Assembly: GCA_010015805.1 (NCBI GenBank)
Contig: ML978122.1
Coordinates: forward strand, 1,088,453-1,152,452
Source of the DNA: Rhizodiscina lignyota
Lineage: Eukaryota
Length of the DNA: 64,000 nucleotides
Reading direction: 5' to 3'
Shown: in pieces, positions 36,770-47,357 of the stretch
Layout of the letters: each line of letters starts with the position of its first letter
How positions within the stretch are numbered: the first letter of the stretch is position 1
Position numbers and translations under genes: made by a program
Notes under the pieces: model-generated
Told to the model about the DNA's origin: nothing
The model's input: the letters and a program-made list of their open reading frames with translations, nothing else
The model's database searches: none

Positions 36770-39064
36770 GGCGATTTTCTGGATTCATCTCCACAGAAAC
36801 AACGTAAGTTGGCTTGTTTCCAAACCTCCTCCAGTTTCTGACCGATTATAGGATTCATATTCTAGGGTAAATCTATGATTTCCTCCTTGGCTGCCATATA
36901 CTGATCATAAAGATGGTTATCGTTAGAGTCTGTGAGTTAAGAGGTTATCGAACGGACGCTATATTGCGGATTCTCCTATTCCTCGCCCCGTACATTTCTT
37001 GAACAGGTAACAGACAGACCTCATCTGAGATTCCGCGAACCATCCTACAGGACCTTCGCAGAAGAAGGCCATAGTCAGAAATCAGAAGATAGAACGGAGA
37101 AAAGCTCGCTGAGGGACGAAAATGCTCTAAACTCAAGACAGAGCGTTGAAGGTTGCACAGAGCGGTGGGGCATTGACGGCGTCAATTCGGAAAAGTATCA
37201 ATCGGCCGTCGACGCAGACAGGGGAGACACTTCAGCCTCGCACCCAGAGAGAGACAGCACAGGCCCAAATTTAGCAAGGTGTTGCTCAGTTCCGAGGCCG
37301 AGGAAGGTTGTATGTGCGCCGCAGAATGTAAGGCCAGGGAATATTACATCCCTCGTAGTAAGTAAAACGCGAAGGCGCGTAACATGATGCCATGACGTGA
37401 TACTGATACCGCGTGGCCATAGATGCCATACTTCGAAACAAGACCGAAGAACGTACCTAGGGATAATATATCCAGTGAAGACCACGAGGACAAGGGACTT
37501 TCCGACTCTGTGTTTCCGGAGCTTCCTCCGAGTACTCCGCAAAATCGCACTGAACCTGACATCAGTGTGCACATACCTCGTACTCCGGATGAGTCCTATT
37601 ATCGTGGATTGAGCCACGAACAGCTTTCCAGGCGAAACAGAGACCAAGTACTAAGCCGTGTCACCGAAGAGGAAGGCCATGAGTCTCTTCTCATGGTCTC
37701 ACAGCTGTGGCTGTGGAAAATTGATCATGTCATTCTAACCGCTTTCCCGAACAGTCGAAATGAAGAAGGCCCTAAATCGCTTCTGTACGACGGCATAGCT
37801 AGTCTACTCGAAGACTTGAGTGAACCCGTGGCCGTAAGCCTTACCCACGAGCAGCTCACTGCATGGATTCTCTCTGAGTGTATCAACTTTATCGACCGCC
37901 CGCATATGGCTGGTCTCCAGGAGCCAGTTCTCATTTTCTTCGAGAAAGCCGTTGCGAAAGCCGCGGACGACGTTCAAAAATATACAGATAGAGACGATTT
38001 CAACAAGAGGGAGGTAACGATAGAGCTCTTCGAGAAGGCCGTTGCGAAGGCCGCGGACGACGCCCCAAAAAACACAGATAGAGCCGATTTCAACAAGATG
38101 GAGATAACGATAGAGAAGAAGATGATACACGACATTGGCGACATTCGGGAGGAACTGGCGATGATCTCTAATATCCTTTCCCAACAGCAAGAAATTTGGG
38201 ACGCCTTCAGCAAAGACAAAAGAATCTGGAGCAAAGATTCGAACCTCCCAACAGACTCTCGAACGACCAAACGAGCAGCTCCCTAAGCTCAAGCGCCAGA
38301 TTGAGAAAATAGTTGCCGATGCGGAGCGCGTGGAGAAGAACATCCTTTTGCAGCTAGGTCTCAAGACGAAGTACGCTTCTTTGGAGGAGTCACGCAATGC
38401 TCTGCGAGAGGCGCGAAACAGCACCACCCTAAGCACCGCCGTCATAGGATTCACAGTCATCACCATCGTCTTCACTCCCCTGTCTTTCATCTCAAGTCTC
38501 TTTGCGCTGCTGATCGACCAGTTTCAGAGACATCAGGTGCGCAATGGAGACTCGAATATCTACACAAGTCGTTACATCGGCGGATGGATGAGTGAGTCTA
38601 CCGCTCTTATGCCCTTTCGAGATTTACTAACTGGCACAGCCTTGGGTGAAGTCGTTTCTCTGGTCCTAACTGCAGGGGCCATTTGGTTGTCATTCTGGTT
38701 GGTGAATCGTCGACAAGAGAGCGAAAATCAAGTCAAAGAAGCGGGAACGGGGTTTCGCGAATCCAATTCAGCTTCTCTGTCAAAGCCAAGGTGGTTGTCG
38801 GACATCTTGCCATCCTAGCGAAGCCCTCCGAAGCTCGATGCTGGTGAGTCACGTGAAGAAGAGAAGCTCGGTCTGTCTGGTGAGGACTGCAGGAGTGGCG
38901 GAGGTCTGAAGAAGCTAATTGCAAGTCTACGCAAGGAGACTGCGAAGCAATCAGGCCCGATGGCCATAGCTCCGCCGAAGATGGGAACGGAGTCTAAGAC
39001 ACCGCCAGACTTCATAAGGAAGCTGTTCAAGAGGGAGAACAAGACTGCAGATCCAGAGCGTTAG
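36770..39064 (+). pseudogene. Disrupted fungal CorA-like (C-terminal 2-TM) protein gene
   Basis: Fragments FWIHLHRNN, PHLRFREP, ITSLV|MPYF, RDQVLSR, LLMVSQLWLW, DIREELAMI, LKTKYASLEE, FTVITIVFTPLSFISSLF. Frameshift near 38220-38250, probable frameshift near 36985, in-frame TAG at 38816 followed by 81 more open codons. 5' end uncertain. Confidence 0.7.
37938..38115 (+). repeat. Two-copy 90-bp in-frame tandem duplication
   Basis: FEKAVAKAADDVQKYTDRDDFNKREVTIE / FEKAVAKAADDAPKNTDRADFNKMEITIE; CGAGAARGCC recurs at 37941 and 38031. Confidence 0.92.
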
Positions 39065-39365
39065 TTTAGTTGGCTTTATCTTCCAAGAGTCGCTCACGGT
39101 TGGGCGGGAATTGGGGGAGGTTTCCCATTTTCAGGCCCTCGAGAATCCGCAGACGCATGAAGTCGCTCGCTCACAGGGACTGTGCGAATCCAAAGAAAAT
39201 CGCGAAACAAGTAGTTGGAAAGGTACAGGAGAATGAAATTTACAAGACCGGAAGTCAAGCTAAGGGTGGAAAATTACGGGTTGCATGAAGACGCTAATCG
39301 CTCCCATGTTGTCGCCAGTGTTGATGGATTTTGTTACTTTACGTAATCAAATTCCGTGACACTTA

Positions 39366-39796
39366 TTAGGCTAGTATGTTCAGTCTGCGAGTTTCCAGCC
39401 CTGGAAAGTCGGGGCTGGACCTGGAGGGGGTGTTCAGTCGTATCTGAAACAAAATTTCAGTTCAAGAGTTTCTAGTTCCAAGAGCGCGCTTATTTCTAAA
39501 TAAAGTAAGATCTGCCCAGCTCCAGCCCGGTTCTCACGGGTTTTACACTCCGACGTCTGAAATCCAACTGAAAAACACCTCCAGCTATCTGTACAACGCG
39601 CTTAATCACACTAGGTCTAGAGCCTGTGGAAACTGAACGACTGAACATAGCCTTAGGCCATTACGCCCGGCTCCCCACACCTAAAATTTTAACTAAACAC
39701 CCCCTTCAGATTCAGATTTCGGCCACGGCGCTTAATTTAATGAAAATTCTAAGCCTGGAACCTGAGCTGGAATCTGAACGACTGAACATAGCCTTA
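39366..39796. mobile_element. Non-autonomous PIF/Harbinger (Tourist-like) MITE or MITE pair
   Basis: Left end TTA|GGCTAGTATGTTCAGTC at 39366-39385. Right ends CTGAACGACTGAACATAGCC|TTA at 39633-39655 and 39774-39796. Internal inverted pair 39421-39439 / 39691-39709. No transposase ORF. Confidence 0.65.
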
Positions 39797-39906
39797 ACTT
39801 TAGTTGCTCTCATACTCATAGCAAAGTTCATATCAGTTTCGTATGCCTCCCTTCAATCTTCTGCTTATCTCACTCGGACGTTCTCCATTCAGCTGTACGA
39901 GCTACG

Positions 39907-42369
39907 ATGTCCTGCTCAGCATGCCAGAAAATATTCGTTGCCAAGGTCCAGCTAGCCAGAGCAGACTCGCGTTGGGGTACGTATGAATCAGGCGAAGTTC
40001 ATCCGCACTACAGCGATATCTCATATCTATGTCAAAGCGCTCTCAATCAATGCCGCATCTGCATTGACCTGTGGCGCCATTTCTTCAAGCAAAAAACACC
40101 AGAACAGTATGTGAAGGAACCGTACTTCTATAATGGCAACAGTTGGGACGATGCGAACGGGCTACATGTATTCGCCGGCTCCGGACTAAGCTATCGATTT
40201 GTTGAGGTGTCTGAACATCTGCGAGACGTAGACACACCAAAAGATGCCTTCATGCTTGAGTTCAATCTCAACAGCCCAATGGAGAGAGATTTGGAACCGT
40301 TCGCATATGTCCTGCGTCCGGCATCGCAGGCAGATCAAACTTGGAGGAGACAAATGATGACCGCTCGACTCCGAGACACATCCAGCGGATTTATAAACAT
40401 GGTGCAGTACGACAAAGATGCTTGCGAAAAGGATCGATGGAAGCGGATTCACCAATGGGTGGCGAATTGCAATCGTCATCACAAGTCATGTACGGAGCAG
40501 CGACGTCGAAGGACATTCCTACCATCCCGAGTCCTTGTAGTGCCTCGAAAGACTGATGGGACCGACCTCCGCATCAAACTGCTTGATACGAGGCTACATG
40601 ATGCGGCTACACTCGGTTGCACGTACGTAACGTTGAGCCATAGCTGGGGACTAGATAAGAATCCAATCTACCGTACAACGTCGGACAATATCGAAAGTCG
40701 GCTAAGAGATGGAATTCGGTTCAATGACTTACCAGCCACGTTTAGAGATACTCTTACCGCAGCGCGGCATCTACACGTATCATACGTCTGGATAGACTCC
40801 CTTTGCATTAAACAGGGCGACAAGGAGGACTGGATCAAGGAGAGTACGAAAATGGAAGAAGTCTACGCCAATGCCTATCTGAACATTTCCGCCACCTCGG
40901 CTGCATCGCCTACCGACGGCTTGAACAGCTCCCATGAGTTGCATCCGCGCTTGCTCAACGTTGAACTAAGTGGCGATGCGCGTCCCAATACGTATCGACT
41001 CGTTGACCCAACGTTCTGGCGGAGTCGAGTGGCAAATGCATTCGTAAACACTAGAGGCTGGGTCGTGCAAGAGCGAGTACTGGCGTCAAGGGTGCTGCAC
41101 TATACTTTCGACCAAGTAACCTGGGAATGTCAGGAGTTTTCTGCGGCTGAGGAGTTCCCAGATGGTCTACCACATCCAATTACTTGGGACTTCTACGGTC
41201 AGTTCAAACAGAGGAGCGTCATTGCTCACGACCGGTCAGTGGGAAAAGAAACGGCTTCCACTACGTGTTCCAGCGGCGCTACTAGGGAATTGCACGACAA
41301 TTGGGCCCAGATCGTTCGGCTCTATAGCCGCTGTGATCTCACGGAGCCCAACGAGAACAAGCTCATCGCCATCTCGGGACTTGCGAGAGCAATGCAGAAG
41401 CAGCTTAAAAACGATTCATATCTTGCCGGGCTTTGGAGAGACAACATATACGGTGGTCTGTTGTGGGAAGTTGACAAAGGCCGCAAACTGATACATGGCT
41501 TCCAGCAAGACTCGACTCACCTGGCCGTGCGGCGCTACGGGTTATCGACCAGGGCTGACGCATATCGCGCTCCCAGCTGGTCTTGGGCCTCTGTCGAGGG
41601 TATGGTCAAACTTTGCGGTTACATGGACGTCTCTGGGGATCTGATCGCGTGCGATGAACCAAACTTAGAGGGTGCCTCCAGCTCCGTAACGCCAAGAGCC
41701 ACTATCTTGGATGTATCTATAGTTCCCACTGATGTCGAGCAACCGCTTGGTCAGGTGATGGCTGGTCGGCTTGCAGTTTCCGGGAGATTGTATCGGTATG
41801 GATATGAGACTATTGGGTATTGTACTACCACAGAGCACTTCCGCGCGACGGGCGAGTACCAAAATACCCGAATGGACGAGCAAGTGGAGTGGACAATCTT
41901 CGATAGAGCCTGGTTCTTACCATTGGTGCTGAAGAAGTTGTCCTGGGAGGGCGACCCACCAGAGCTCATTCAGTCCACTCAGGGCACCCTGCTTGGAGCC
42001 TCGACATCTGATGCAGAGTTGAGAAGCTCATTAGAGAATCTGGTTGCCGAGCGAGGATCTGCTGCTGCCAGGGACTGGAAACTCCCTGTCGCGCGAGAGT
42101 GGGCGGACCGTCAATCGTTGAGGAGAGGTGTCGGTTACCACGACACTGTTGCGGGACTCGTCGTTACCCCATCGCCAGACCGCGACACTTTCAGGCGTAT
42201 TGGTATAGCAGAGGTGAGGAAGATTACTATTGACAGACTGGATGACATTGGCCAGGTACCACAATGGGAAGATGAGGTATCTGTCCCGAAGGTCGTGGTG
42301 TGTAACGTCAGCTCAGCTGAAGCTCTGGAGAAAGAAGATCTTGTTCAGGGTGTTTTTGTGATTGTGTGA
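39907..42369 (+). CDS. HET-domain (heterokaryon incompatibility, TIR-like) protein
   Basis: LPSRVL, YVTLSHSWG, LPATFRD, YVWIDSLCIKQGD..WIKES..M..VYANA, TRGWVVQER, KLIAISGLA, YLAGLW, APSWSWAS. Intronless, 820 aa. Confidence 0.93.
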   Translation: MSCSACQKIFVAKVQLARADSRWGTYESGEVHPHYSDISYLCQSALNQCRICIDLWRHFFKQKTPEQYVKEPYFYNGNSWDDANGLHVFAGSGLSYRFVEVSEHLRDVDTPKDAFMLEFNLNSPMERDLEPFAYVLRPASQADQTWRRQMMTARLRDTSSGFINMVQYDKDACEKDRWKRIHQWVANCNRHHKSCTEQRRRRTFLPSRVLVVPRKTDGTDLRIKLLDTRLHDAATLGCTYVTLSHSWGLDKNPIYRTTSDNIESRLRDGIRFNDLPATFRDTLTAARHLHVSYVWIDSLCIKQGDKEDWIKESTKMEEVYANAYLNISATSAASPTDGLNSSHELHPRLLNVELSGDARPNTYRLVDPTFWRSRVANAFVNTRGWVVQERVLASRVLHYTFDQVTWECQEFSAAEEFPDGLPHPITWDFYGQFKQRSVIAHDRSVGKETASTTCSSGATRELHDNWAQIVRLYSRCDLTEPNENKLIAISGLARAMQKQLKNDSYLAGLWRDNIYGGLLWEVDKGRKLIHGFQQDSTHLAVRRYGLSTRADAYRAPSWSWASVEGMVKLCGYMDVSGDLIACDEPNLEGASSSVTPRATILDVSIVPTDVEQPLGQVMAGRLAVSGRLYRYGYETIGYCTTTEHFRATGEYQNTRMDEQVEWTIFDRAWFLPLVLKKLSWEGDPPELIQSTQGTLLGASTSDAELRSSLENLVAERGSAAARDWKLPVAREWADRQSLRRGVGYHDTVAGLVVTPSPDRDTFRRIGIAEVRKITIDRLDDIGQVPQWEDEVSVPKVVVCNVSSAEALEKEDLVQGVFVIV

Positions 42370-43019
42370 ATCAGTTCACCAGTTTATGTGCCTACTTATT
42401 TAGTGCCTCCGTGCCTGCTCATTCAGTGCGCCATTCAGTGGGGTTTGGTAGGGAAACTTCGGGAGGTCTGTATGATTGAATTCCGTGCAGGATATTGTTC
42501 ATTGTGAATTTGGGGAGGAACATAATCAGTAACTATGAAGCTAAAATGGTTTGAAAGAATTGTTATCATGTAATACGCCTACATCGACTTGTTGCTTGGG
42601 TATGTCAAGCCAGAGCCAGGTTATTCAAGTCGTCCGCTCGTGAAGTTTCCGGGCTAGAAATGCAGACTCTGCACGACAAAGTAAGATCTCTTATCCTTGA
42701 TTTGCTAAGTTCATAGAGTCTCCTCCTTTGCTTCAACTGTGGTACATTTACGTGTTGCTTTGGAGGAGGAGCTACTCAACCACAAAGCTTTTACCTGGCG
42801 CGGTCGCGACACATCTTCACTTTCAATGTAGATTCGTGACCTTCCGGCAGATAAACTGTGAGCTCTCTAGTGAAACAAGTCCGAGGGAGATTGAGGTGAA
42901 CATCCTCAAAGTACGTTGGAAGCGGAACTTCCACGTGCAGACCTTGGCATCATCGACTTTGGATCGCGAGCACGCGCAAATTTCCTGCGAACAACCCAAC
43001 CCTACAACTTCAATACAAA

Positions 43020-43656
43020 ATGGAGCGTTCAGATTCCCCACCACCAGAGGAGCGCAAGAGGATGGATGCTGAGGCTAAGGCAAAGCAAGATGCCGAACAA
43101 GCAGCTCTTCCATACAAGTGGACTCAGACCATTCAAGATGTCGACATCACAGTACCGGTAGACGGGAATCTTAAAGGGCGCGACCTGGTTGTGACGATGA
43201 CAAAAACCAAACTGAAGGTCGGAGTCAAGGGCAAAGATCCTATCATAGACGTACTACTTTCCTAATCTTAGCTACCTTCGAGAACCAAGCTAACTGTCAA
43301 AATGGCAGGGCGACCTCCCTCACCCGATCCTCGTCGATGAGTCCACATGGACGCTTGAGACCACACCCAGCGGCAAAGAAATTAGCATCCACCTCGACAA
43401 GGTCAACAAGATGGAGTGGTGGGCGCACGTCGTGACCGGCGCGCCGAAGATTGACACCTCGAAGATTACGCCGGAAAACAGCAAGCTGGGCGACCTGGAC
43501 GGCGAGACGCGCAGCATGGTAGAGAAGATGATGTATGACCAGCGACAGAAGGAGATGGGCAAGCCAACGAGCGATGAGGAGAAGAAGATGGAACTGTTGA
43601 AGAAGTTCCAGGAGCAGCATCCAGAGATGGACTTCTCGAATGCGAAAATGGGATAG
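43020..43656 (+). CDS. nudC: Nuclear movement protein NudC (CS/p23 domain)
   Basis: [59 protein letters not shown]. Intron 43251-43308. Confidence 0.95.
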
Positions 43657-43929
43657 ATTGCTTTCGCCTGAGAGTCGTCAGAAAGCTTGATGACCATTCT
43701 CGGCCGAATTGTGACCGGAATGGAAGGCTTATGACATGAATTCGCATAGCGAGAGGCGCATTCGGGGTGCTCAAACAGTATATTTGTCTCTCGTTGCTAG
43801 GGTGGTTGGCTATCAGAGGAAAAACTTTGATGAAGCCGGAGCGGTATTTATTCAGAAGCCCGCTCTCTAAGTCTATATTGACAAACCGCTCGATATATCT
43901 AACAGCGTATCGTACATTATATTGCACAT

Positions 43930-46185
43930 TCAATCTCTCATCTTTAAGTGGTATGTCTCCAACTGCGCTTCCGTCATTTCCCCTGGACTCTTCACCAACG
44001 GATCTTCACCTCGGTTGTTCTTGGGGAATGCAATAACATCCTTGATACTGCTCTTGCCTAGCATGACAGCCGTCAACCGATCGAACCCCAAGGCTATTCC
44101 AGCATGCGGCGGACATCCAGCTCTCAGCACTTCCAGTAAGTGCTTGAAGTCACCAAGACGCTCCTCGCTCATCTTCAGAACGTCGCGCAAGATAAACTCC
44201 TGGAATGCTGGATCATGGATTCGTCGACTTCCGCCTCCAAGCTCCACGCCGTTAACCACTAGGTCGTAATGCTCGCTTTTCGCGGCGAGTGGGTCAGTGG
44301 CAAGCAGGTCGAGATCTGTGACGCTGCGGGGTGCAGTAAAAGGATGATGTGTTGATGAGAATCCTGCGCTCCCACCTTGGCCTTCTTCATCAGAGTTAGG
44401 ACCGAACATTGGGAACTCAGTCACCCAGAGAAAGTCGAAATCATTGGGTGCGTCGACAAGACCCCGTGCTACTGCTTCCCGGTGAAGAGCCAGGCGCATC
44501 CGACCCAATGCGGTTGAGCCACCCGAGAATGGCTCCTTCTTTCGAGCCTGTATAACTACGAGATCGCCATCGGCGAGGTCAAGGAGCTCTTCGACTTGTT
44601 CGGCCGCCTCAAAGCCAAAGGGCTGGAGACCATTGAGAGGTTTACGAGAATCGTAGATGAAAATTCCGGGTTGCCCATCTGGATTGTTAAGAATGCCAGC
44701 GTCTGCAGCTTCTTTCGATTCCATGAATGCACGGACAAACTTCTTCGTCTCCTGCGGCCGATCTGCGATGCGGAGTTTCAATACATCGACTGCGGGATCG
44801 GCCAAAGGGCCAATCTTGCTAATCAAATCAACTGGGAGCATGTAGTCAATACGTGTGATCTACGCTCCGTTAGCAAGGAGGAAAAGCGGAAGGCTCAAGG
44901 GCGACACACCTGCATGCCAATCCTCCTATCTGGCTTGTCAGAACCGTATTTTGACATTGCCTCCTCGTATGGCAGTCGTGGGAATACATGTGGGATCTCC
45001 ACGTTGAGCAAATCTCGCCACAAAATTCCGACCAAGCGTTCAATCACCCGCATCACATCCTCCCCAGCTGCAAATGCCATCTCCAAATCGAGCTGGCCCC
45101 TCGTCAGTGAATATCGTGGCATATACAAATCCCGAGCGTACCTGGGTAAATTCCGGCTGCCTATCAGCACGAAGATCTTCATCTCGAAAGCACCGAGCAA
45201 TCTGATAGTATTTCGCAATGCCGCTCGCCATGAGGATCTGTTTGTACTGCTGTGGACTCTGTGGCAAGGCATAAGCCATACGCTTCTGCCTCGTAGGCAC
45301 CAAGAACTCTCTAGCGCCCTCTGGAGTAGACTTGAAAAGAACAGGCGTCTCAATCTCCACAAACTCTTGTGTCTGTAGAGCAGCTCGGCATAGTCCAGCC
45401 AAACGGGAGCGGAATCTCAATGCATCTCGAAGTCCAGGATCTGTTCGAATTTGGAGATGTCGTAGTTCGGCAGGGGGCACTTCATTTTTGCACAGTGCCG
45501 CGAGGTCGTCGGGGAAATTGTTCAAAGGCTGTATGTGACGGAGCTCCAGTTCAACACCGGTGATCCGTTCAACAGTATCTCGCGAAGACTTCGTTCCTCC
45601 TTCACGTTTCTTTACTTTGCCTCGTATACAGACGGGTGTATTCTCATTGAGGCGTTTCAGGGTGCTATGAGTGGAATCGGCATCGCCAGTAGCATCTTCG
45701 TTTAAAGAAGATACGATCTGGATACTGTGTCGCAACTCTCGGTCTAATAGTTGGACAAAGCTCAATTTCTTGTTTAAATCCGCACGTCTGCCTAGATAGC
45801 CGTAGAGCACCACCTCTTGATCAAGACATGAATTCAAAGATTCAAACTTAAAGTCTCCAGGCTCATTCAGATGACTTGCTGCTGGGTAATTGACTGGATG
45901 TATTAGCACGAACTACGAAGCCATCAAGGCAGTTTTCTTACAAGATTGCTTAAAATCTTCCAATCGGTTAGTCGAATAGTATCTCCATGGAAGCAAAGAA
46001 CGTGATCCAAACTGGAGTCTCTGGACTAGTCTGTGGCATGGAGTTTGTGCTGAAAGTCGGCAGGTCAACGTGCTATATGATGAGCGTTTCCGGGCATTAT
46101 GCATATGCTTCGAAAGCTCGACATATGAATGCCATAAAGGGCTGCCTCTTTGAACGGAGCTTGCCCTAGCTCCATTAAGAAGCAT
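43930..46185 (-). CDS. MSD1: Mitochondrial aspartyl-tRNA synthetase (bacterial-type with GAD insert)
   Basis: Basic presequence; ETPVLFKSTPEGAREF, PQSPQQYKQ, CFRDEDLRADRQPEFTQ|LDLEM, YGSDKPD, HHPFTAP, ELGGGSRRIH, PPHAGIALGFDRL. Three introns, all in frame. Start codon approximate. Confidence 0.93.
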
Positions 46186-47357
46186 CTCCAAAAGTCGTGC
46201 GAAGAGTGGAAGATAGGATGGAACCGTCGCACTTGTGTCAGTGACTACTCCGTACATTGAACTTTTTGCTCAGAATGCGCTTGGCTAGTTATGGAAAAGC
46301 GTTGCTTATGTAATCGCTCTCGATTGATATTTGCTGCCCGCAAAGGTCTTCGTCTGATTTTTTTTCTTCATCCTTCCAGTTTTAACCAAGTAAGTGGCCG
46401 CGTCGCAGACCCTGTTGAGTATTCACTAACAGCTCTTACAGATGATGAAAGCCTAGTGTGTATCCTATGAGCTGCTGCTTATCTGCTCTTCGAACTCTCC
46501 CTTAACTGGGCCTAAGTGGTTCGACGTTCAGCTAGGTGACAGCATGAAATAGGCGTTCGGCACACCAATCTTGTTACATTTACGGACGCGATGAAAGGCA
46601 TCTCTGAACTGAACTTGGAGGGTGTCTACCCACTTTATCCTGGCATCAGCTATCGAGCTCATGGAACTTCGAGTTACGAGGAGCTGGATTGCCATGGATG
46701 TTTTATGAACATGTACATAAAATTGAAATTAAATCGCTTTTCGCTTCCTCTTCTCTCTCTGAAGTTCAGTTTCCAAAGCTATACCTACCGAATATCTCGC
46801 CGATAGACCTTATGAGGAGTCTTGGAGATTTCCATTCTTCGGCTCTTCAACAACTTGGCGAAAGAGGAAGCACAGAGGCATTGTCAACAGGCTGCCGTTC
46901 ACATACCAGCGTGCATAAAGTTAGAATATCAGCCGTAACAATGATGCTACAAATACCGATTTGATATCGCTTCAGATAGTGAATGAAAATACCCGACAGT
47001 TCTTCCCATATCTGTGTAGTGCCACATGGAATGTGCTTAAGGCCAGCTATAGCATACTTAATGCAATTAGCCGGCCACCGGAGTTTGTACCTAACCATCG
47101 TCATCCGAGAGCCCAAGCCTCAGAGGTGGCTGGCTACCTCCCCATCCAACACTGTAATCTTCATATACCGCTAACTTCCGGAACCAATTCATACAACCTT
47201 TCTCCCTTGCAGCCTTCGGCGTTCTGACCTCCTTCCCGCGAACTACACACGTCATACTCTGAAACGGCATGGATTGAGAGCTTCGCCGCGAAGCGTCCGG
47301 GGGTCTTTCGCGCCTTGATATCACCAATAAGTTCCAGATCGCCGAGTTTCGTTCTCG

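Noticed and set aside
39626..39955. 109-aa ORF with repeated ERLNIAL
   Set aside because: The repeat is the translation of the duplicated MITE terminus, not a protein repeat. With only two copies it is also not CRISPR-like.
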